A DNA stretch of 64,000 nucleotides from Candidatus Eremiobacteria bacterium (GCA_963737065.1 CAVTRC010000002.1:448001-512000), one strand, 5' to 3'. Counted from the stretch's first letter, positions 30,007 through 40,735 are shown. The notes: a model not told the origin generated them from the letters alone. Program-made: numbers and translations.

Positions 30007-30527
30007 AGCAACACGTCGCGCTCGTCGGCTTTATGGCTTCAGGGAAGTCGACGATCGGGAAAAAGCTGGCCCGCAAGCTGAAGTGCGCGTTCTTTGATAC
30101 CGACGACCTCATCGTACGCGAACACGGCGAGGTGTCGGATATTTTTTACGACGAGGGCGAAAAGGCGTTCCGCGGCTACGAGCTCGACGCGGTGTCCCAG
30201 GTTTTCGCCGACGGACAACCGGGTGTTGTTGCACTCGGCGGCGGCGCCCTTACGCACGAGCCGACGTCGAAGCTCTTGAAAAAACGAGCGTATCGTATCT
30301 TCATCAAGATTTCTCCCGAACAAGTGGCTGAGCGGTTGCGCAAGAGCAAACGCGTCCGTCCATTGCTCGGACCGAGCCCTGCGCTCTCGAAAATTAAGGA
30401 ATTGTACACGAAGCGAATGCCGCAATACGCACATGCGGATTTCGTCGTGGAAGCGGACGGCATGAGCACTTCGCAAATCGTGGATGCGATCGTCGAGTGG
30501 CTGCACAAGAAGAAGATCGAGATTTAA
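30003..30527 (+). CDS. aroK: Shikimate kinase
   Basis: GFMASGKST, GEKAFR, ALGGG, RPLL. Confidence 0.95.
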   Translation: MKQHVALVGFMASGKSTIGKKLARKLKCAFFDTDDLIVREHGEVSDIFYDEGEKAFRGYELDAVSQVFADGQPGVVALGGGALTHEPTSKLLKKRAYRIFIKISPEQVAERLRKSKRVRPLLGPSPALSKIKELYTKRMPQYAHADFVVEADGMSTSQIVDAIVEWLHKKKIEI

Positions 30528-31588
30528 TCGTCAACACCGATCTCGGTTATCCCGTCTGCATCGGTGACGACACACGCCCGGCGATCGCGACATTCGTGCA
30601 GCATCGCGCTCAGCGTTGCATCGTTCTTGCCGACGTGAATCCAAACGTCATGAATATCGCGCGCGATATCGGCCGAAACAAGGGCGTCGTTACGGTTCGT
30701 CCGGTTGCGCTCGGTGAATCGCGCAAACGCTTGTCGACGGTCGAACGCGTCCATGAAACGTTGCTCGAGGCCGGCGCCGATCGCGACTCTCTCGTTATCG
30801 GTGTCGGCGGCGGCGTCGCAAGCGATCTTTTCGGTTTTGCCGCGGCGACGTACATGCGTGGAGTTTCGTATATACACGTCGCGACGACGCTCGTTGCGAT
30901 GGTCGACGCATCGATCGGCGGCAAGACCGGCGTCGATTTGCGCGGCGGGAAAAATATCGCAGGCGTCTTCCGAGATCCCGTCGCCGTATTCGCACACGTC
31001 GATGCATTGCAGACGCTGCCCTACCGTCAGATTCGTGAGGGGCTTGCAGAGGTGCTGAAAGTAGCGATCGTCGAGGGCGACGAATTTTACGAGTCGATCG
31101 AGGCACTCGCACCGCATCCGTTCTGGCGCTGGCCGTGGCTCGAGATCGTTGCGCAGGCGATTAAAGTGAAGACCATGATCGTTGCCGACGATCGCGAAGA
31201 AGCGGGAATGCGGGCGTTGCTCAACCTCGGCCACACGTTCGCCCACGCGCTTGAAACGGCCAGCGACTATCGCGTGTCGCACGGGGTCGGCGTGGCGCTC
31301 GGCTTGCGCGCCGCCGGCTTGCTCGCGATACGCACTGGACGGTATTCGGAAGAAGAACATTTGCGGGTTCTCGCGACGATGGCGCTGCTCGGGATGCCCC
31401 TGTCGACGTCCGTCGATGCGCGGGACGCGTTCGTCGCGATGCAGAGCGATAAGAAGAAACGCGACCGGAAACTGCGCTTCGTGCTGCCGCGCAGGATCGG
31501 CGACGTCGAATACGGCGTCGAAGCGGCCGATCGCCTCGTGAGATCCGTTCTGACGCGGCTGCAACGTTTGCCCGAATCCTTCGGGTAA
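30497..31588 (+). CDS. aroB: 3-dehydroquinate synthase
   Basis: GGGVASD, DASIGGKTG, LNLGHTFAHALE, DKK. Confidence 0.95.
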   Translation: MAAQEEDRDLIVNTDLGYPVCIGDDTRPAIATFVQHRAQRCIVLADVNPNVMNIARDIGRNKGVVTVRPVALGESRKRLSTVERVHETLLEAGADRDSLVIGVGGGVASDLFGFAAATYMRGVSYIHVATTLVAMVDASIGGKTGVDLRGGKNIAGVFRDPVAVFAHVDALQTLPYRQIREGLAEVLKVAIVEGDEFYESIEALAPHPFWRWPWLEIVAQAIKVKTMIVADDREEAGMRALLNLGHTFAHALETASDYRVSHGVGVALGLRAAGLLAIRTGRYSEEEHLRVLATMALLGMPLSTSVDARDAFVAMQSDKKKRDRKLRFVLPRRIGDVEYGVEAADRLVRSVLTRLQRLPESFG

Positions 31589-31599
31589 CGGTAACCGGC

Positions 31600-33984
31600 A
31601 TGCGTGCCGTTGATGCGCTCGCGGCGATTCGTTCACCGCGCTTCAACCTGCCGCTCACGTACGATGCGCGCGATTTAGATCTGCACGTGGGCGACGTGGT
31701 ACGCGTGCCGCTCGGAACGCGGGACGTCATTGCGTTCGTCGTCTCAGACGTGCGCGAAGCGCGCGCCGACGCGAAGCTCAAAGGTGTCAGCGAAAAGCTT
31801 GACGTGCCGCGCGCGTTCGATGAAACCGGGTTGTATCTCGCGCGCTTCATCGCAGACTATTATGTTTGCACGCTCGGCGACGCGCTTTCCGCCGTCGTGC
31901 TCTCCGCTGCCGTCCCGCGGATGCTCGATTCGTTTGCGCGCACGGTCGCACAACCGAATCCGAAGCGCTACCCGTCCGTGCCCGTGCGTTTCGTGCGATT
32001 GATTTGGGACGATATGCCGGACGGTTTTGGCCTCGAAGCCTTGTTACGCCATCCGGAAGCGCGCCGGACCGGCGATCGCGGCGCATTGCTGCGTTTCGTG
32101 CAAACGCTGGTCAAAAGCGGAGAGTTGCGACGCGAGCGTCGGCTGGCCGATGCGAGGACGCAGCAGTATCGCATTCGCGTGCTCTATCCGCGCGACGGTA
32201 TGGCGCGCGGTACGAAAGCGCGGGCACTGCTCGCATTCGTGAATGAGGCGCCCGGCGTTCGGCGCGCCGATGCCGTTCTCGCCGGATTTTCGAACGCCGT
32301 GATCGCACGCGCCGTGAAATCCGGTGCGCTCCAGGAGCGTGAAGTCTCCGCAGCGCATGCGCGAACGCGCGAAGCGATCCCCGCGCCGCGTTTTTCGCCG
32401 ACGGGCGAACAAGCCGCAGCGCTGCAGCGAATTGGCGGTTGGCTCGCCGCGCGCACGTTCGCCGAGGCGTTGATCCACGGTGTGACCGGAAGCGGAAAGA
32501 CGTACGTTTACGTCGAGGCGATCAAGCGCGTCGTACGCGAGGGCGGCCGCGCCATCGTCTTAGTTCCCGAGATCTCTCTGACGCCGCAAACCGCAAAACG
32601 GTTCGAAGACGCTTTCGGCGACCGCGTTGCCGTTTTGCACTCCGCACTTTCGGAACGCGAGCGGTTTGAAGCGTGGCAGGCGTGCATGCGTGGCGAAATC
32701 GACGTCGTTGTCGGCGCGCGGAGTGCAGTCTTTGCGCCGCTCCGCGACGTGCGGCTGATGGTCATCGATGAGGCGCACGAGACGTCGTACAAACAAGACG
32801 GCGTTCCTCGCTATCACGCCGTAACCGTCGGGCGCGAGCGTATGCGCGCGGCCGGTGGGGTTTTGTTGCTTGGAAGCGCGACGCCCTCACTCGAGGCGTA
32901 CGAGGCGGCGCGCCGGGAGCGCATCGCGCTCATCGCGCTTCGTAAACGCGCGACCGCGCAGGCAATGCCCAGCGTCGCAATCATCGATCTTGCCAAGGAA
33001 TTCGAGAGCGGCAACAGGCGAATATTCAGTACGATGTTGACGCAGTCGCTAGCGGACCGCCTAGAGCGCGGTGAAAAGACAGTACTTTTTGTCAACCGCC
33101 GCGGCAGCGCTAGGTTTCTGCTGTGCCGGACGTGTGGTTTTGTTCCGCAGTGTCCGCGGTGCGATGTTTCGCTTGCCGCGCACCGCAGCGAAGGGCTGCT
33201 GCGGTGTCACTACTGCGATTATCAGCAGCCGATCCCGCCGAACTGTCCGTCGTGCGGCATGCCGACGATACGTGAATTCGGCGTCGGAACCGAGCGCGTC
33301 GCGGAAGAAGTCTCGCGCTTGTATCCGTCGGCACGCGTTTTGCGCATGGATTCCGATACGACGACGCGCGTCGGGGATCACGCGCGAATTCTCTCAGAGT
33401 TCGAAGAATCCGGCGACGTGCTCGTCGGAACGCAAATGGTCGCCAAAGGCCTCGATTTCCCGACGGTGACGCTCGTCGGGGTCGTCGCCGCAGACGTCGG
33501 GTTACACGTGCCGGACTTCCGTGCGGCGGAACGCACGTTTGCCCTCATATCACAGGTGTGCGGCCGCAGCGGCCGCGCGCGAGCGGGCGAAGCGATCGTG
33601 CAGACATATTCACCGACGCATCCGGCAGTCGTGCGCGCGGCGGCACATGACTACGAAGGGTTCGCCCGAACCGAACTTTCCGAGCGGCGCGGGCTGCAGT
33701 ATCCACCGTTCGTGCGGCTCGTGTATCTGGGCATTATCTCGAGGAGCAAGCAAAAGGCGAGCGCTCGAGCGCAACGGTACGCCGAAATTCTTCGTTCGCT
33801 GGGCGGTGCGGACGTGCTCGGGCCGGCGCCCTACCCGATTGCGCGGCTGAATAACGAGTGGCGCATGCGCATCGTCCTCAAAACGCTGAAACCGAAAGCA
33901 CTGCGCGAGGTTCTGCGCAAGCATATTGTGCCGTTTGCGCATACCGAACGCGATATTCGGCTGAGTATCAACATCGATCCCTAG
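31600..33984 (+). CDS. priA: Primosomal protein N'
   Basis: GVTGSGKT, LVPEISLTPQ, DEAH, four CxxC, GTQMVAKGLDF. Confidence 0.97.
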   Translation: MRAVDALAAIRSPRFNLPLTYDARDLDLHVGDVVRVPLGTRDVIAFVVSDVREARADAKLKGVSEKLDVPRAFDETGLYLARFIADYYVCTLGDALSAVVLSAAVPRMLDSFARTVAQPNPKRYPSVPVRFVRLIWDDMPDGFGLEALLRHPEARRTGDRGALLRFVQTLVKSGELRRERRLADARTQQYRIRVLYPRDGMARGTKARALLAFVNEAPGVRRADAVLAGFSNAVIARAVKSGALQEREVSAAHARTREAIPAPRFSPTGEQAAALQRIGGWLAARTFAEALIHGVTGSGKTYVYVEAIKRVVREGGRAIVLVPEISLTPQTAKRFEDAFGDRVAVLHSALSERERFEAWQACMRGEIDVVVGARSAVFAPLRDVRLMVIDEAHETSYKQDGVPRYHAVTVGRERMRAAGGVLLLGSATPSLEAYEAARRERIALIALRKRATAQAMPSVAIIDLAKEFESGNRRIFSTMLTQSLADRLERGEKTVLFVNRRGSARFLLCRTCGFVPQCPRCDVSLAAHRSEGLLRCHYCDYQQPIPPNCPSCGMPTIREFGVGTERVAEEVSRLYPSARVLRMDSDTTTRVGDHARILSEFEESGDVLVGTQMVAKGLDFPTVTLVGVVAADVGLHVPDFRAAERTFALISQVCGRSGRARAGEAIVQTYSPTHPAVVRAAAHDYEGFARTELSERRGLQYPPFVRLVYLGIISRSKQKASARAQRYAEILRSLGGADVLGPAPYPIARLNNEWRMRIVLKTLKPKALREVLRKHIVPFAHTERDIRLSINIDP

Positions 33985-33994
33985 GAGGCGGACC

Positions 33995-34627
33995 GTGAAA
34001 GCAACGATGTTTGTCGATGTCATCAGCCATTGGTGTTTGGTCGCGATGCCGGCGGCGCGCGCCCTCGTGTCTCTTGGCGCGGATTTCGAACTCGTGTACG
34101 CGCCGCTGAAGGACGGTGCGCCACTCGGTTTTACCTACGAAATGGAGCACTGGTTCTACACGCGTGGCACGCGCGCGTATAATATGGAATTCCGCGCGGA
34201 TTGGTGCGAAGGTCCGGACGTGAGCAGCTTCACGGCGAACGCCGCCGCGTTTGTCGCCGGTCAGATTACCGGCGACCAGCTAAGTGCCGCACGAGCGATG
34301 ATGGCGGCTGCGATGGAGCGCGGCGCGCTCGTTGGGCGCCCCGCGGAAGCGTACGCCCAAGCAGCGTCGTTCGCTGGTATAAGCGCCGAGGACATTGAGC
34401 GGCGTGTACATGACGCGCGCGTTGCCGAGATTCTACTCGACGGCAACAAAAGGCTTGCGGCGCTCGGCGCGGACGAACGGCCGACATGGCACTTGCAAAA
34501 TGACAACGGTGACTTCGCCCTGCTCAAAGGCATCTGGCATACGGACGCCGTTACATCGGTTGCGGGCGCGTTGCAACACGATGAACGCGCGTATGCGGCC
34601 GCGGGACCGGTGCCGGGTTTCTCATAG
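33995..34627 (+). CDS. DsbA/thioredoxin-fold protein
   Basis: N-terminal DVISHWC; C-terminal GADERPTW (cis-Pro region). Confidence 0.6.
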   Translation: MKATMFVDVISHWCLVAMPAARALVSLGADFELVYAPLKDGAPLGFTYEMEHWFYTRGTRAYNMEFRADWCEGPDVSSFTANAAAFVAGQITGDQLSAARAMMAAAMERGALVGRPAEAYAQAASFAGISAEDIERRVHDARVAEILLDGNKRLAALGADERPTWHLQNDNGDFALLKGIWHTDAVTSVAGALQHDERAYAAAGPVPGFS

Positions 34628-34629
34628 CA

Positions 34630-36639
34630 CTACAAATCACGAAGCGCAACCGGTTTGCCGTAATAAAAACCCTGCAGTTCGTGACAACCGGCCTCACGCA
34701 GAAACGCGTCTTGTCCCGCTGTTTCGATGCCTTCGCCGATCACCATCAGGCTCAGCGAGCTCGCAAGCGCGGTTAGCGAGCGGCAAATCGCGCGCGAGTA
34801 GTCGTCTACGTCGCAATCGCGAACGAACATGCGGTCGATCTTCAAGCATGAAACAGGATACGATTTCAAATAACTGAGCGTGTTGTACCCGGTTCCGAAG
34901 TCGTCGATCGCGATGGAAAACCCGTCGCTTCGAAGTTGCGCGAGCACTTTCGCGGCCAGTTCAACGTCGTTGATGAGCGACTGTTCCGTCACTTCGATTT
35001 GGATCTGCGACGAACGCACGCCGGCGCGCCGGGCGATTTCACGGACCCGTTCGTTGAATCGCGGCGTTTGCAGCTGTTCGGCGGAGACGTTCACATTGAC
35101 TCGAATCGCACGTCTAAAGCGCTTCGAGAGCGCCGCGCTTGCGCGGCATGCCTCTCCAAAGACCCATTCGCCGATAATCGGTAGTTGACCGCTCTGCACG
35201 GCGACGTCGAGGAATGATGCCGGCGAAATCATCCCAAACTCGGGATGCTGCCAGCGAAGCAGCGCCTCAACCGCCGAAATTTCACCGGTTATCGCGCGAT
35301 AGATCGGCTGGTAGTGCACCGTGAGCTCGTTGCGTTCAAGCGAAACGGTTAAGTCGCGCTCGATCCTATGCCGCATCGTCATGAGCCGCTCCAGATCGGG
35401 CGTGTACCACATAACGCGCGAACGGCCGGCCGCCTTTGCGCCGAGCATCGCCATGTGGGCGTGCGTGAGCACCGACGGTTCCGTTTGATGAACGTTGAAC
35501 ATCGCTACGCCGATGCTTGCCGTCAAAGCGTATTCCACTCCACCGATCACCACCGGCGCTCGCAGCACGTTGCGCACGTCCGCTACGCGGGCCTCAGCTT
35601 CGCGATGATCGCCGACGTCCATGAAGAGCATTGCGAACTCGTCGCCGCCCATGCGCGCCACGCTATCGTCGACGCCGCGCAGAGAACGAAGACGTTCGGC
35701 AATCGCGCGCAGGATCTGATCGCCGGCACTGTGTCCGGCAATATCGTTGACTTCGCTGAAGCCGTCGAGATCCATAAAGACGAGCGCGATACCGCGATGG
35801 CTCGCTTCGGATTCCGCAACGACCGCGCGCGCGTGCCGCTCGAATCCGGTGCGGTTCAGTACGCCGGTGACCGCGTCGTGATATGCGATGTATTCCAGAC
35901 CTTGCTGCGCTTCCACCGCTTGCGTTTCATCGATGATGACGCTAACGCCGCGCACCGCGACCTCCGCATCGCTGACGAAATAGGACGTCTGCGATCGTAC
36001 GTGGCGCACTTCGCCCGACGGCCGTACGATGCGGTACTCCAACTCGAGTTCGCGCGCATGGACGATCGCTTTCGCGCGTGCGCGCGTGAAGCGCAGCCGG
36101 TCCTCCGGGTGAATGCGCGCGACCATCTCGCCGAAATGGATCCGCCGGATTTCCTCGGGAAAACCGAAGAGTCGCGCAAATCCCGGTGTGATGTCGCACG
36201 CCTCGGTTTCAAGGTCGACCGTGTACGAGGCAAAGGAAGAGATCGCTTCCGCGTGTTCGAGCGTCCGCTGAGCGACGGCGAGTTCCGTCGAGTGAGAATT
36301 CGTGGGAGTGGCGACGCCGATAATTGCCACGGTCCGGCCCTCGTCGACGATGGCGTGGAGATGCGCCGTATACTGGACGTTGCGATGGCTAAACGTGAAA
36401 CGCGCGTCTTTTCCTTGGCGTGCGGCATGAAACGCGCGCGCGACGCCTGCGGCCGGCTTGCGCCGTTCGAAGAAATGCGTTGCTTCGCGTCCGATCACCA
36501 GCCGCGGATCGATATGAAGTGCCGAAACTTTTGCTCCGGCGACGGAGCGAAACTTGAAATCCCGATCGGTGCTGAAGAAGAGCAGCGGCGCGTGAGCCAG
36601 CAATCCTTGTACTTGCGCCATGCTCAGCGCGTCGACCAT
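34630..36639 (-). CDS. PAS-PAS-GGDEF-EAL diguanylate cyclase/phosphodiesterase
   Basis: IHPED, GGDEF, VEALLRW, DDFGTGY, LKID, EGIE, QG. Confidence 0.95.
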   Translation of the reverse strand: MVDALSMAQVQGLLAHAPLLFFSTDRDFKFRSVAGAKVSALHIDPRLVIGREATHFFERRKPAAGVARAFHAARQGKDARFTFSHRNVQYTAHLHAIVDEGRTVAIIGVATPTNSHSTELAVAQRTLEHAEAISSFASYTVDLETEACDITPGFARLFGFPEEIRRIHFGEMVARIHPEDRLRFTRARAKAIVHARELELEYRIVRPSGEVRHVRSQTSYFVSDAEVAVRGVSVIIDETQAVEAQQGLEYIAYHDAVTGVLNRTGFERHARAVVAESEASHRGIALVFMDLDGFSEVNDIAGHSAGDQILRAIAERLRSLRGVDDSVARMGGDEFAMLFMDVGDHREAEARVADVRNVLRAPVVIGGVEYALTASIGVAMFNVHQTEPSVLTHAHMAMLGAKAAGRSRVMWYTPDLERLMTMRHRIERDLTVSLERNELTVHYQPIYRAITGEISAVEALLRWQHPEFGMISPASFLDVAVQSGQLPIIGEWVFGEACRASAALSKRFRRAIRVNVNVSAEQLQTPRFNERVREIARRAGVRSSQIQIEVTEQSLINDVELAAKVLAQLRSDGFSIAIDDFGTGYNTLSYLKSYPVSCLKIDRMFVRDCDVDDYSRAICRSLTALASSLSLMVIGEGIETAGQDAFLREAGCHELQGFYYGKPVALRDL

Positions 36640-36686
36640 GCATCACACCCCCATGCGTCCTATTCGTGCCACAAATAAGCGATCTT

Positions 36687-37958
36687 CTAACGCATGCGTC
36701 CGATGCCGGGGCGGACGTGAAGCGCGCTCGTCGGAAATATCAGTTGCGAGAAAAGTAAGCCCGCTACGAGCTGAACGGCGGCAAATGCGGCGTTCGCCCC
36801 AAACGTAAGCGCGCTCGAAATATTGGCCTGAAACGCGAAAAGGACGCTTTCGTAGCTCAAACTTCCCGGAACCAAAACGAGTAGCGCGGGAGCGAGCATA
36901 ACCGCTTGCGGCAAGCGCAGAAACCGGGCGCCCATGTTTGCAATGATTCCGCAAAGAAACGCGGATGCGAAGGCGGACACGGTATGCACCGGCGTTCCGG
37001 CGAGCGCGTGCGAGATCAAGAGTGCCACGAAGCAGGCAGCGAATACCCACACGAAGTCTCGCGGCCGCGAATCGAGATCGATCCACAGTCCGATCGAAAT
37101 GAGCACCGCCGCGACGATCCACCAGCGACCCGCGACGGCGTGAGTGTGTACGTCACCCAGCTCGAGTAACTTTGGACCGAGGAGCGCAAATCCGAGCAAT
37201 GCGCCGCACGCCAGTGCGAGCAAGACGGAAAGCACTTTGCCCAAGCGCGCGACGCCCGCGACCAGAGCATTGTTCGCCAATTCGTGCAGCGCGAGCGTGA
37301 GGGAATACCCCGGAAGAAGTACGACGACGCCCGCAACAATCGAAATGTAGATGTTCGTCGGCCCAAAGAGCTTGGTGAAGAGCGCGACGATCAGCGTTCC
37401 GACGAACGCGGCGATCACTTCGAAGAGGCGGGCAACGACGGCATTGTGGATTGCGATGACGGCGATAATTCCGGTGGCCAAACCGATGCATCCGGCAACC
37501 GCGAGTTCGCGCGCACCTGCACCGAGCAGAATCCCGACGGCGATTGCAATGAATGCAAGCGCCGGAATCTGCCAGAAGACGTTAAGCCCCGGCCATTGGC
37601 GATCGATGTTGGCGACCGCGGCGCTCGCCTCGCGATAGTCGATATTCCCGGCTCGTACATCGTCGTAAATCGCGTTGAGCAGTGAGATACGGCGCAGGTT
37701 CACCGAGCCGGGTTCCAAGCGCATGAGGACGGTTTTTTGATTCCACCGCGGGCCGACCGCGATCGTGATCTGTGTGGGCAGCGCGAAGATCTGCAACGGC
37801 ACGTCGATCGACGCCGCGATGACGGTCATCGTTTGCTCGAGCGAGTCCGTCGCGACGCCCGCTTCGTGCAATGCGCGCGCCATCGTGGCGATGAAGATGG
37901 CCTTCGGATCGTCCGCGATCGCGGAAATCGGCTGCGTCGGCGTCTTCCTCACGCGCAC
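36687..37958 (-). CDS. ThrE family threonine/serine exporter
   Basis: Soluble N-domain, about 10 TMs, LLPG and LVPG motifs. Confidence 0.85.
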   Translation of the reverse strand: MRVRKTPTQPISAIADDPKAIFIATMARALHEAGVATDSLEQTMTVIAASIDVPLQIFALPTQITIAVGPRWNQKTVLMRLEPGSVNLRRISLLNAIYDDVRAGNIDYREASAAVANIDRQWPGLNVFWQIPALAFIAIAVGILLGAGARELAVAGCIGLATGIIAVIAIHNAVVARLFEVIAAFVGTLIVALFTKLFGPTNIYISIVAGVVVLLPGYSLTLALHELANNALVAGVARLGKVLSVLLALACGALLGFALLGPKLLELGDVHTHAVAGRWWIVAAVLISIGLWIDLDSRPRDFVWVFAACFVALLISHALAGTPVHTVSAFASAFLCGIIANMGARFLRLPQAVMLAPALLVLVPGSLSYESVLFAFQANISSALTFGANAAFAAVQLVAGLLFSQLIFPTSALHVRPGIGRMR

Positions 37959-37971
37959 CCTATACGCGCAA

Positions 37972-38002
37972 CGAAAAGAACCCGCCTTGGCCGCGGGTTC
38001 TT
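37972..38002 (-). terminator. Rho-independent terminator after rpsT
   Basis: AAGAACCCGC/GCGGGTTCTT stem with T-run on the minus strand. Confidence 0.7.
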
Positions 38003-38024
38003 CGTATCGATCGCTTCGTTCGAG

Positions 38025-38327
38025 TTATTTCTTGCGCGAGGCTTTTGCTGCGCCGCTCGTTTTCTTCGCCGCAACCGCGGGGGCTGCAGCGGCGCGAGCC
38101 ATCGCCTTCGCGAGGCGCGACTTCTTGCGCGCGGCCTTATTCCGGTGAATCGTGCCGGACTTTGCCGCTTTATCGAACTGGCTCTCGACGCTCTTCGCAA
38201 ACTCGGGATCCTGTGTCGAAACAGCCTTCTTGAAGGTCGTCTTCAGGCGCGTCTTCACGTCTTTGTTCTGCGTCGTGCGCTTGTCGGTCTGCCGCATCCA
38301 CTTTTCCGCGGCTTTGATGTTCGGCAA
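38025..38327 (-). CDS. rpsT: 30S ribosomal protein S20
   Basis: PNIKAAEK, DKAAKSGTIHRNKAARKKSRL. Confidence 0.95.
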   Translation of the reverse strand: MPNIKAAEKWMRQTDKRTTQNKDVKTRLKTTFKKAVSTQDPEFAKSVESQFDKAAKSGTIHRNKAARKKSRLAKAMARAAAAPAVAAKKTSGAAKASRKK

Positions 38328-38370
38328 AAGAAACTCCTAAAAAGACCATCCGCAAACCCGGCGTAGTATA

Positions 38371-39258
38371 TCAGCTTAGCCTACGTTCGAGCAAGATCTT
38401 GCGATAGCTGGCGTACCGGCTCTCGGGAATCGCCGCTTCGGCGACCGCCGCCTGCACGCCGCAATCCGGCTCGCGCAAATGGGTGCAGTCGGTAAACCGG
38501 CAGCGCGTGGCCGGCTCGCGCATCTCCGGAAAGCCGTCAACGAGCTCGGCCGGCTCGATTTTACCCAGGCCGAACTCGTTGACGCCGGGGCTATCTATAA
38601 GGAAACCGTCGCCCATCCGGTACAAGCGAGCCGTGGTCGTCGTCTGCCTTCCCAGCCCATGGCGCGACACGTCTCCCACGCTGCCTTCACCGCCGAGCGC
38701 CTTAAAAATCGAACTCTTCCCGACGCCCGAGATCCCCGAGAGCAACGCGTGCCGGCCCGCAATTCCCGTGCGCAGACCGTCGACGTTATCGCTCGACTTC
38801 GGGTTGACGACGATTGTGTCGTAGTTCAAGCGGCGGTAGAGCGAAACGAACTCTTCCCGAACGGACGTCTGGGCGAGGTCCGGTTTGGTGAAGACGACGA
38901 GTGCTCCGATATTCTCCAATTCCGCGAACGCCAAAAGCTGGTCGAGCGTCACGAGCCGCGGCGGCGGATCGGCCAGCGCCGTCACCGTTACGAGCGTATC
39001 GACGTTCGCCGCCATGATTTTCGAACGGCCTTCGATGGTTCGGCGTTCGAGGGTAAAGCCGCGCGGCTCGATGCGATCTACGACGGTTTTTTCGTCTTCC
39101 AGTATGCGAACGAAGACGACGTCACCGGGCACGGGCATGAAACGCTTGCCGCTCTGACGGCGAAGCTGCGCCAAACGCGGCACGATCTCGCCGTCTAGTG
39201 AAACCCACGCTGCATTCTTGCCGGTAGAAACGACGAGGGCGCGCCGTAATTCGCTCAT
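38371..39258 (-). CDS. rsgA: Ribosome small subunit-dependent GTPase
   Basis: AANVD, TKPD, GISGVGKS, GRQTT, DSPG, CRFTDCTHLREPDC. Confidence 0.95.
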   Translation of the reverse strand: MSELRRALVVSTGKNAAWVSLDGEIVPRLAQLRRQSGKRFMPVPGDVVFVRILEDEKTVVDRIEPRGFTLERRTIEGRSKIMAANVDTLVTVTALADPPPRLVTLDQLLAFAELENIGALVVFTKPDLAQTSVREEFVSLYRRLNYDTIVVNPKSSDNVDGLRTGIAGRHALLSGISGVGKSSIFKALGGEGSVGDVSRHGLGRQTTTTARLYRMGDGFLIDSPGVNEFGLGKIEPAELVDGFPEMREPATRCRFTDCTHLREPDCGVQAAVAEAAIPESRYASYRKILLERRLS

Positions 39259-39303
39259 TACAAAGAATGAGTGCCGTTCGCGTGTAACGATGTGAGAAGG
39301 ATC

Positions 39304-39840
39304 GTGCCGGCTTTCACCGTTCGCTATACCCCAGTCCCGTGCGACGACGTTCGTTCGTCGCTCGCCGATTTCGCGCGGCGCGACGGCGCGTCACTGAGCT
39401 GGCAGGACAACGCGCTCTTCAATCGCTCGTATGCGTTGATCGAAAACGCGAGTGCGGGATTTCCGCGGACGCAGAACGGGGCAACGGTTTTCGAAACGCC
39501 GGTCATCGCTCTTGCGATACGCCCGAACGTCGCGGAAGCCTTGCCTTCCTTGGTGGATGCGCTCGCCGGTTCGGGCGCTCCGAGCGGCGTCCTTTCGTGC
39601 GAGGAAAATTCCGGCGCGCTCATTGTGGAATGGAATTTGGATCGCACGCCGGCCAACGTCGTGCTGGCACTCGCCGACGTCGAGCTCGCGCGGTTCGGTA
39701 GCGGGCGCGTGAACGCGTTGCTGACGCCGTTGCCGCTTGCGTGGTGGACGTCGATTGCGAGCGCGGGATTGCAAGCGCCCGAGATCGCACCCGATCGCGT
39801 GCTCGAGGCGCTGATCGAGGAACATCATGTCGCTCGTTAA
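39304..39840 (+). CDS. Hypothetical protein, first gene of the cdaA operon (alternative start 39271)
   Basis: Fills the gap, AGAAGG before GTG, overlaps the cdaA start. Confidence 0.65.
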   Translation: MPAFTVRYTPVPCDDVRSSLADFARRDGASLSWQDNALFNRSYALIENASAGFPRTQNGATVFETPVIALAIRPNVAEALPSLVDALAGSGAPSGVLSCEENSGALIVEWNLDRTPANVVLALADVELARFGSGRVNALLTPLPLAWWTSIASAGLQAPEIAPDRVLEALIEEHHVAR

Positions 39841-40735
39841 CGTGGTCAACGTGATCGGTTCGTACGTCGGCATCACCGATATGCTCGATGTCGCTGCGAC
39901 GAGCGTGCTGATCTACTATGTCTTGTTGTTGATTCGCGGAACGCGAGCGGTCCAAATTCTTACGGGTGTGCTCGTCCTCGTTGGTCTGCTCGGTGTCGCG
40001 AAATTGCTCCAGTTGTATTTGCTCGGTACGATCTTGAATTTGCTCGTCATCGGCGCGGCCGTGACGCTGCCGATCGTCTTTCAACCGGAGCTGCGCCGTG
40101 CGCTCGAACAGATCGGCCGCGGCGGCCTCTTGCATATCGGCGGAGACGCCCGGAACCGGACGCGTACGGAAGATAAAGGCATTGCGATGCTCGCGCGTAC
40201 CGCGTTCTTGCTCTCACGTAACAAACTCGGCGCCCTTATCGTCATCGAACAACAAAGCGGCCTGAAGGAATTCGTCGAAAGCGGCACGTTCATCGACGGA
40301 CAACTCTCCGCCGAACTGTTGCTCGCGATCTTCAATCCGCGTTCGCCGTTGCACGACGGTGCGGTTATCGTGCGCCAGAACGTCATCGAAGCCGCGGGAT
40401 GCTTTCTGCCGCTCGCCGAGCAAGTGCTCTCCGAGCGTCGCATCGGCACGCGCCACCGCGCAGCCGTCGGATTGACCGAACAAACCGACGCGGTCGTTAT
40501 CGTCGTCTCGGAAGAAACGGGGACGATTTCGATCGCGCGCGAGGGCAAGCTGACGCGGCCGGTTGAGGAAGAAGGGCGATTGATGAAGATGCTGCTCGCC
40601 GTTACCCGGGCGCCGCGCGACCGGCGTCGATTCGTGAACAACGATTTGGTTGCACACTTCCGCGCGCGGCTCGCTCCTGCGCGCGGATCCGAGGACAACG
40701 TCCGTGGTGATCATCCGAAAGAACTTCGGACTTAA
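39827..40735 (+). CDS. cdaA: Diadenylate cyclase CdaA/DacA
   Basis: N-terminal TMs, FQPELRRALE, LHDGA, GTRHRAA, VSEETG. Confidence 0.95.
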   Translation: MSLVNVVNVIGSYVGITDMLDVAATSVLIYYVLLLIRGTRAVQILTGVLVLVGLLGVAKLLQLYLLGTILNLLVIGAAVTLPIVFQPELRRALEQIGRGGLLHIGGDARNRTRTEDKGIAMLARTAFLLSRNKLGALIVIEQQSGLKEFVESGTFIDGQLSAELLLAIFNPRSPLHDGAVIVRQNVIEAAGCFLPLAEQVLSERRIGTRHRAAVGLTEQTDAVVIVVSEETGTISIAREGKLTRPVEEEGRLMKMLLAVTRAPRDRRRFVNNDLVAHFRARLAPARGSEDNVRGDHPKELRT

